The notes under the pieces: model-generated
The model's input: the letters and a program-made list of their open reading frames with translations, nothing else
Database searches by the model: none
What the model was told of the DNA's origin: nothing
Position numbers and translations under genes: made by a program
Shown: one piece after another, positions 16,233-20,448 of the stretch
Layout: each line of letters opens with the position of its first letter
Position numbering within the stretch: position 1 is the first letter of the stretch
From: a virus
DNA length: 20,448 nucleotides
Direction: 5' to 3' (one strand)
Virus record (IMG/VR): IMGVR_UViG_3300040770_000293
Span: 1 to 20,448 of that record

Positions 16233-16457
16233 ATGGAAAATCCAAATATAAATACAAAGGTTGTTCATTCTGAATCAAAGAATGCTTGGAATATAATAGG
16301 CACAAGTTTAGGTGCAAAATATAAAATAGCAAGAATACCATATTTAACTACAAGTAATGAAATAATTGATACTACAGAAAAATCAGAAGCGTTAAGACAT
16401 GCGAAATTCATAAGTGAATGTTTCAATAAATCAGATTATATTTTACCGCTACTGTAG
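16233..16457 (+). CDS. hypothetical protein, cassette 2 second gene
   Basis: 74 aa; stop abuts the cassette end motif. Confidence 0.75.
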   Translation: MENPNINTKVVHSESKNAWNIIGTSLGAKYKIARIPYLTTSNEIIDTTEKSEALRHAKFISECFNKSDYILPLL

Positions 16458-16466
16458 CATTACTGG

Positions 16467-16596
16467 TAACGTTTCGCACATAGGCGAAGGCAATTGCTGA
16501 CAAAAAACAATAATTATATTAATTATAAATAACAACAAAATGAAAACAAAATTTAAATTCAATACCCAATTAATTGCTTGCGCTTATGTGCTGTTA
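16467..16596 (-). repeat. attC-like site (inverted)
   Basis: TAAC-GTTTC-GCACATAGGCGAAGGCAATTG(16476-16496)...TAATTGCTTGCGCTTATGTGC(16571-16591)-T-GTTA. Confidence 0.8.
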
Positions 16597-16788
16597 GTAG
16601 CTGTGTTTATTTTTAGCTTAAAAAATAAGATAGTTAAAGAGACAAATTTAGATTATGAAACCTACAAAGTAGTCGAAAAAGTAGAAGATAGTCAAAAAGA
16701 AATAGAAGAAAAAGAATGTGGTCATATTTTCCTTAATAAATATTGTAGGCTTTGTAAAGAATATCGTCTTCGTCAACAGGGTTTCTAA
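16540..16788 (+). CDS. hypothetical membrane-anchored Cys-containing protein, cassette 3; starts inside the att loop
   Basis: Hydrophobic LIACAYVLLVAVFIF is encoded largely by the att arm and core; C-terminal CGH...CRLC. Confidence 0.65.
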   Translation: MKTKFKFNTQLIACAYVLLVAVFIFSLKNKIVKETNLDYETYKVVEKVEDSQKEIEEKECGHIFLNKYCRLCKEYRLRQQGF

Positions 16789-16797
16789 CATTGCTAC

Positions 16798-16880
16798 TAA
16801 CGGAAAAGCTTGTAGCTGTATGCCACCGCAATCGTGAATAAAAGCAGGGAGTTTCTGCATATAGCTACAAGCGTATGTTA
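16798..16880 (-). repeat. attC-like site (inverted)
   Basis: TAAC-GGAAAA-GCTTGTAGCTGTATGC(16808-16823)...GCATATAGCTACAAGC(16857-16872)-GTAT-GTTA; 15 WC plus 1 G.T pair. Confidence 0.8.
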
Positions 16881-16915
16881 GGGCAAGTACGGATTATTAA
16901 ACTAAAAATATTGTT

Positions 16916-17314
16916 ATGAAAAATGAATTAAGAATTGGGAATTTTATTTCAAGATTAGACTTAGGAAGCGGAATACCAAGAACTGAACAAATATTAGAGT
17001 TATTAGAAAAAAGAGCAGTTGCTTCTGGACCTTGTAGAGTAATTATTTTATATGAAGATATTAAACCAATACCGTTAACAGAAGAATGGCTACGCAAATT
17101 TAATGCAGAAAGCTACTTTACTTCTGACCCACAAGAAATACAAGCGAGCAAAGCTTTTAAATTTGGAGATGTAAAAATTCATATGTGTAATGAGGATGTA
17201 GAGGAATTTATGTTTGAATCATTTGAGTTTATTAAAATAAAAACAGTTCATCAGCTACAAAATTTATATTTCGCACTCACAGGAACTGAATTGACTTATG
17301 AAAACAAAACATAG
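16916..17314 (+). CDS. conserved Bacteroidota phage protein, cassette 4
   Basis: NELRIGN...IKPIPLTEEWL...VHQLQNLYFALTG motifs, recalled from a common Bacteroidota phage family. Confidence 0.8.
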   Translation: MKNELRIGNFISRLDLGSGIPRTEQILELLEKRAVASGPCRVIILYEDIKPIPLTEEWLRKFNAESYFTSDPQEIQASKAFKFGDVKIHMCNEDVEEFMFESFEFIKIKTVHQLQNLYFALTGTELTYENKT

Positions 17315-17377
17315 TATTTGCCGTAACTTGTGCATACACGTAACTAATGTGGTAACTCAACACTAAAATAAAGTCCT

Positions 17378-17638
17378 ATGATTACCACATTACAATTTAA
17401 ATACGGTTTTACATATAAAAATGTAAACTATGGATGGAAAGATAAAAAGTTATATAAATTGCCTTACTTAAAAGATAATAGGTCTTACGGTTTAAAAGAA
17501 ATTCCTTTTTATGTTTTTAAGGCGACAATTGTATATAACATTCAAAGACAAAAACTAACTATAAATAAATTAAAATTTTTAACAAAAAGTATAGACTATA
17601 AATTAGAAATAGTTGAAGCTGATACAATACCATTTTAA
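17378..17638 (+). CDS. basic hypothetical protein
   Basis: 86 aa. Confidence 0.7.
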   Translation: MITTLQFKYGFTYKNVNYGWKDKKLYKLPYLKDNRSYGLKEIPFYVFKATIVYNIQRQKLTINKLKFLTKSIDYKLEIVEADTIPF

Positions 17639-17642
17639 AATT

Positions 17643-17873
17643 ATGACACAAAGAATTAAAAGTTGGAGAGAAAATAGAAAACAGTCAAATCACGAAAGAG
17701 AGTTAATGACTAGGAAAGAAACAATATTGTATAACCTTTTAAATGATTTAACTACAGAGGAGAGTTTAAATATGTTTGAAGATATTAATAGTTTGTTTTT
17801 AAGTAATGTTAATAGTAGGTTACAGTCTATTAGTGAAGAGAAGTTATTAATTGAAAAGTTTTTAAGTAAATAA
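17643..17873 (+). CDS. hypothetical protein
   Basis: ATG 17643 preferred over the track start at 17613. Confidence 0.7.
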   Translation: MTQRIKSWRENRKQSNHERELMTRKETILYNLLNDLTTEESLNMFEDINSLFLSNVNSRLQSISEEKLLIEKFLSK

Positions 17874-17908
17874 AGACTGTTTTATTTTTTATCTCGCCGA
17901 AAAAGTAA

Positions 17909-17916
17909 TATATTTG
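17909..17916 (+). promoter_or_regulatory. -7 promoter box
   Basis: TATATTTG before ATG 17933. Confidence 0.55.
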
Positions 17917-17932
17917 TAAAAAATTAATAAAT

Positions 17933-18055
17933 ATGTATACTGAAAAAGATTTAGAAAGAGCTTTTCAAGCTGGTAATAGGTTGCCAATATCTCGTAACGA
18001 AACAGTTATAAAAGAAAATTTTGAGCAATGGGTTAAAAAAAACAAAAATAAATAG
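17933..18055 (+). CDS. hypothetical protein (40 aa; not in ORF track)
   Basis: MYTEKDLERAFQAG...FEQWVKK. Confidence 0.6.
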   Translation: MYTEKDLERAFQAGNRLPISRNETVIKENFEQWVKKNKNK

Positions 18056-18057
18056 GT

Positions 18058-18231
18058 ATGGAAAAATTAATTTATCTTGAAGCCACACTCAATATTTTGG
18101 CGCAAAAAGATTTAGAACAAACTCAAAACTTAGTAGCTCAAGGAACTATAAAAGAAATAGAATTAGAAAGCGGAGCACAAGGATATAAGTATTTATTAAT
18201 AACTGAAAAAAACAATGAATCAAACAATTAA
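18058..18231 (+). CDS. hypothetical protein (57 aa; not in ORF track)
   Basis: MEKLIYLEATL...; fills an operon gap. Confidence 0.55.
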   Translation: MEKLIYLEATLNILAQKDLEQTQNLVAQGTIKEIELESGAQGYKYLLITEKNNESNN

Positions 18232-19183
18232 AAAAATCAATGAAGAAAAAGTCTTATTCTTCGATTTAGAAGTAGTAAGGCGTAACAAGGATTTAGATAT
18301 AAACTCTAAGGAATTTGAATTGTTTCAAAAGAAAACTAGAAACATAGAAACAGATGAATTATTACCTGATGATGAAGTAGTAGAACAATATAATAAAAGA
18401 GCTGCATTAAAAATGTGTTACACTAAAATTGTATCTGTTGGTGTAGGTTTTATTAAAGATGGAGAAGTTCACATAAAAGCTTTAGAAGGAGATGAAGAGA
18501 GCGTTTTGAGACAATTCTGCTCTATTGCAAATACCTTTGATTATGTTTGTGGCGCAAATATTTTAGGATATGACCTCCCAATGGTTGCAGTTAATGGCAT
18601 GAGGTATTTCAATGTAACTGAAAACTTAGTTGATAGATTTTTGACAAGTGGGAAAAAATCATGGAACTTAGACAGATGCTTAGACTTAATGGATATTTTT
18701 AAGGGCACTCATTATGCAAATACTTCTTTAGACGAAATGTGTTATCATTTTAATATACCAAGTCCTAAAACAGATTTAGATGGCTCTATGGTTTCAAATG
18801 AATATTGGAATAATGGGTTAGATAAAATTAATTCTTATGTTAAACAAGATGTTTTTGCAGGAATTAATATATTTAAAAAAATGCGTTTTGAACAACCATT
18901 TGAAGTATTTATTGACAAGAACCAAACTACAACTGTACAGCCTTTTGCAGAAGATTTACCAATTCTTGAAAAAATTTACAAGGCTACAAATTTAGATATT
19001 AAAACAAAAGAAAAGTTAGAAAAATTATTGTCAAAAAAGAAAGTGACTAAAAAAGAGAAATTAATATTAGAAGATATATTAGTTAGTCTATATATTGACA
19101 ACACTATGTTTGCGTCAGATAAAGTAGAAGTTAAAGTGAGAAAAAAACAAGAAATTAAAGAAATTTTAGATGCAATCAAATAA
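18215..19183 (+). CDS. DEDD 3'-5' exonuclease (PolB-like proofreading domain, stand-alone)
   Basis: ExoI FFDLE, ExoII GANILGYDLP, ExoIII YVKQDV. Confidence 0.85.
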   Translation: MNQTIKKINEEKVLFFDLEVVRRNKDLDINSKEFELFQKKTRNIETDELLPDDEVVEQYNKRAALKMCYTKIVSVGVGFIKDGEVHIKALEGDEESVLRQFCSIANTFDYVCGANILGYDLPMVAVNGMRYFNVTENLVDRFLTSGKKSWNLDRCLDLMDIFKGTHYANTSLDEMCYHFNIPSPKTDLDGSMVSNEYWNNGLDKINSYVKQDVFAGINIFKKMRFEQPFEVFIDKNQTTTVQPFAEDLPILEKIYKATNLDIKTKEKLEKLLSKKKVTKKEKLILEDILVSLYIDNTMFASDKVEVKVRKKQEIKEILDAIK

Positions 19184-19856
19184 AATATTACCAAAAATAT
19201 ATGAAGATGGTCAAGGAAACTATCCTCAACATAAAGGAAAGCCTAAGTTAAGTTATTCTGCTTATAATAGTTTTTTAGAAGATGGGTATAGAGGAGAAAT
19301 GTTTGCTAATTATTTTTTAGGTTTAAGTAATGATGGAAATATTTTCACTTCATACGGTTCAAAATGTGGACAATATTTTGAGGATAAAACCGATACAGGG
19401 TTAACTGATTTTGATCGTTCTGTTATTGACTCTATAAAAAGACCTGAAAATGCTAGATATGAATCTGAAATAGTTGTTGACAGAGGTTGGTATGTTATAC
19501 AAGGATTTTCAGATAGGGAATATTTTCACCAAGATGGGTTAGTAGTAGAAGATTTAAAGACAGGAGCTGTAAGTTCAAAAGTTTCTTATTATGGTAGTGA
19601 CGACTATCAACAGACAACACTTTACTCTTATCAAAGAGAGGTGGAAGGTCATAATATCATAAACTCAAGAGTTATACTTTTGGACAGAAAAGGAAACGGG
19701 CAAGAAAAGTACCCACTAAGGCTTACAGGAGATGTAAAATATATTGAAACTCCATATTCTACAGAGCGTGCAGAAAAGTTCTTAAAAAAGTTTGACGAAG
19801 TAGCTGAACAAATATCCGAGTATTATAAAGTTTACAATAAGTTTTTTACAAAATAA
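19170..19856 (+). CDS. PD-(D/E)XK nuclease (RecB-like phage exonuclease)
   Basis: LSYSAY, ESEI, IQGFSD, VEDLKTG and QTTLY motifs. Confidence 0.85.
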   Translation: MQSNKILPKIYEDGQGNYPQHKGKPKLSYSAYNSFLEDGYRGEMFANYFLGLSNDGNIFTSYGSKCGQYFEDKTDTGLTDFDRSVIDSIKRPENARYESEIVVDRGWYVIQGFSDREYFHQDGLVVEDLKTGAVSSKVSYYGSDDYQQTTLYSYQREVEGHNIINSRVILLDRKGNGQEKYPLRLTGDVKYIETPYSTERAEKFLKKFDEVAEQISEYYKVYNKFFTK

Positions 19857-19867
19857 ATAGAAATAAA

Positions 19868-19899
19868 TTTGCAAGAGTAAAACATTAGTTGTATATTTG
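19868..19899 (+). promoter_or_regulatory. Bacteroidota sigma70-type promoter
   Basis: TTTG(19868-19871)-N20-TATATTTG(19892-19899). Confidence 0.75.
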
Positions 19900-19930
19900 T
19901 TAAAGAAATAAATTTAAAACAAAAATTAAA

Positions 19931-20056
19931 ATGAAAGAAGTGTCAAAAGATTTTTACAGTAGAAACAATGCAAGTACTTACAGTGAAAAAGTACAAGGAA
20001 GCAGTTCTTATGATTCAGAAACAGGAAAAACAACTGTAACCCATTACGAAGAATAG
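19931..20056 (+). CDS. hypothetical peptide (41 aa; not in ORF track)
   Basis: MKEVSKDFYSRNN...THYEE, after a promoter and A-rich leader. Confidence 0.5.
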   Translation: MKEVSKDFYSRNNASTYSEKVQGSSSYDSETGKTTVTHYEE

Positions 20057-20360
20057 ATTAAATTTAAAACACGCATAGAAAAGCAAACAAATAGTAAATA
20101 GAATTTGTAAAAGTAAAACGCAAACCCGTAGTTGATTATAACCGTAAGCTTTGCAACAAGGTGTGTAAATAAGGGGGCACACTACAACACTGGATGACCT
20201 CTTTACAAAACTATTTATTACAACACTACAAGAGGTGTTAAGTTTGTTGAGTAAGATAAATAAGTATGTAGAATGTCAATGGACAACGTTAGTATACTGA
20301 AAATATTTATTCCTATCTTGAAGGATGTGTGTTATTTTTAAAATAAATTAAATAAAAATT

Positions 20361-20448
20361 ATGAAAGAAGACTTGAGACATGATATGCAGAATGAAGCTG
20401 TCCAACTGGATAAATTAGAGTTTGGAGATGGTGAGACTGAAAGAAATG
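20361..20448 (+). CDS. 5' end of a gene running off the window
   Basis: MKEDLRHDMQNEAVQLDKLEFGDGETERN..., A/T-rich leader. Confidence 0.55.
   Translation, partial: MKEDLRHDMQNEAVQLDKLEFGDGETERN

Larger units (their letters stand above)
15527..17327. mobile_element. integron-like array of four gene cassettes (no integrase in window)
   Basis: Three intact attC-like hairpins separate four segments, each bounded by its own complementary GTTA.../...TAAC ends. Confidence 0.8.

Noticed and set aside
15865-16880. Intrinsic terminator interpretation of the three hairpins
   Set aside because: Loops of 33-74 nt, no U-tract, and ORFs read through the arms
15453-17392. CRISPR array interpretation of the periodic hairpins
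   Set aside because: The hairpins share structure but not sequence, and are separated by whole genes rather than 30-40 nt spacers
326-19194. Minus-strand ORFs in the track that overlap + strand genes (326-520, 1848-2030, 4579-4782, 6841-7074, 7152-7334, 9521-9712, 9905-10135, 11880-12062, 12211-12396, 13911-14096, 16648-16860, 16897-17097, 18976-19194)
   Set aside because: Antisense shadows of better-supported genes; F/L/S/I-rich composition and no leaders
20118-20199. c-di-GMP-I riboswitch or hammerhead (ACGCAAA and CTGGATGA fragments)
   Set aside because: The P1 GGCAAAC/GNRA element and the hammerhead CUGAUGA/GAAA core are absent
1-20448. tRNA or rRNA genes and an integron integrase
   Set aside because: No cloverleaf with a T-loop GTTC motif, and no ORF with tyrosine-recombinase R-H-R-Y motifs, seen in the window

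Overview
Very AT-rich, almost entirely + strand segment of a Bacteroidota (Flavobacterium-like) dsDNA phage genome. Host assignment is inferred from repeated TTTG-N19/20-TAnnTTTG promoters and A/T-rich, Shine-Dalgarno-less leaders. It holds about 55 mostly small hypothetical genes, two free-standing homing-type endonucleases (a composite HNH at 4349-5434 and a repeat-rich GIY-YIG at 11720-12769 that appears to split a small gene), a compositionally odd non-coding block (5435-5927, possible genome end) followed by an early-gene-like cluster with an ArdA-like acidic protein, a near-perfect parS palindrome (7928-7943), and a DEDD exonuclease plus PD-(D/E)XK nuclease at the right end. The most striking signal is an integron-like gene-cassette system. 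There are attC-like TAAC-stem-loop-stem-GTTA sites at 1-123, 956-1084, 15865-15987, 16467-16596 and 16798-16880. In the 15.5-17.4 kb array each of four cassettes has its own mutually complementary 13-15 nt ends, the sites are inverted relative to those at the window start, and ORFs begin inside the hairpin loops. No integrase is present in the window. All calls come from reading the sequence by eye; no database searches were run.
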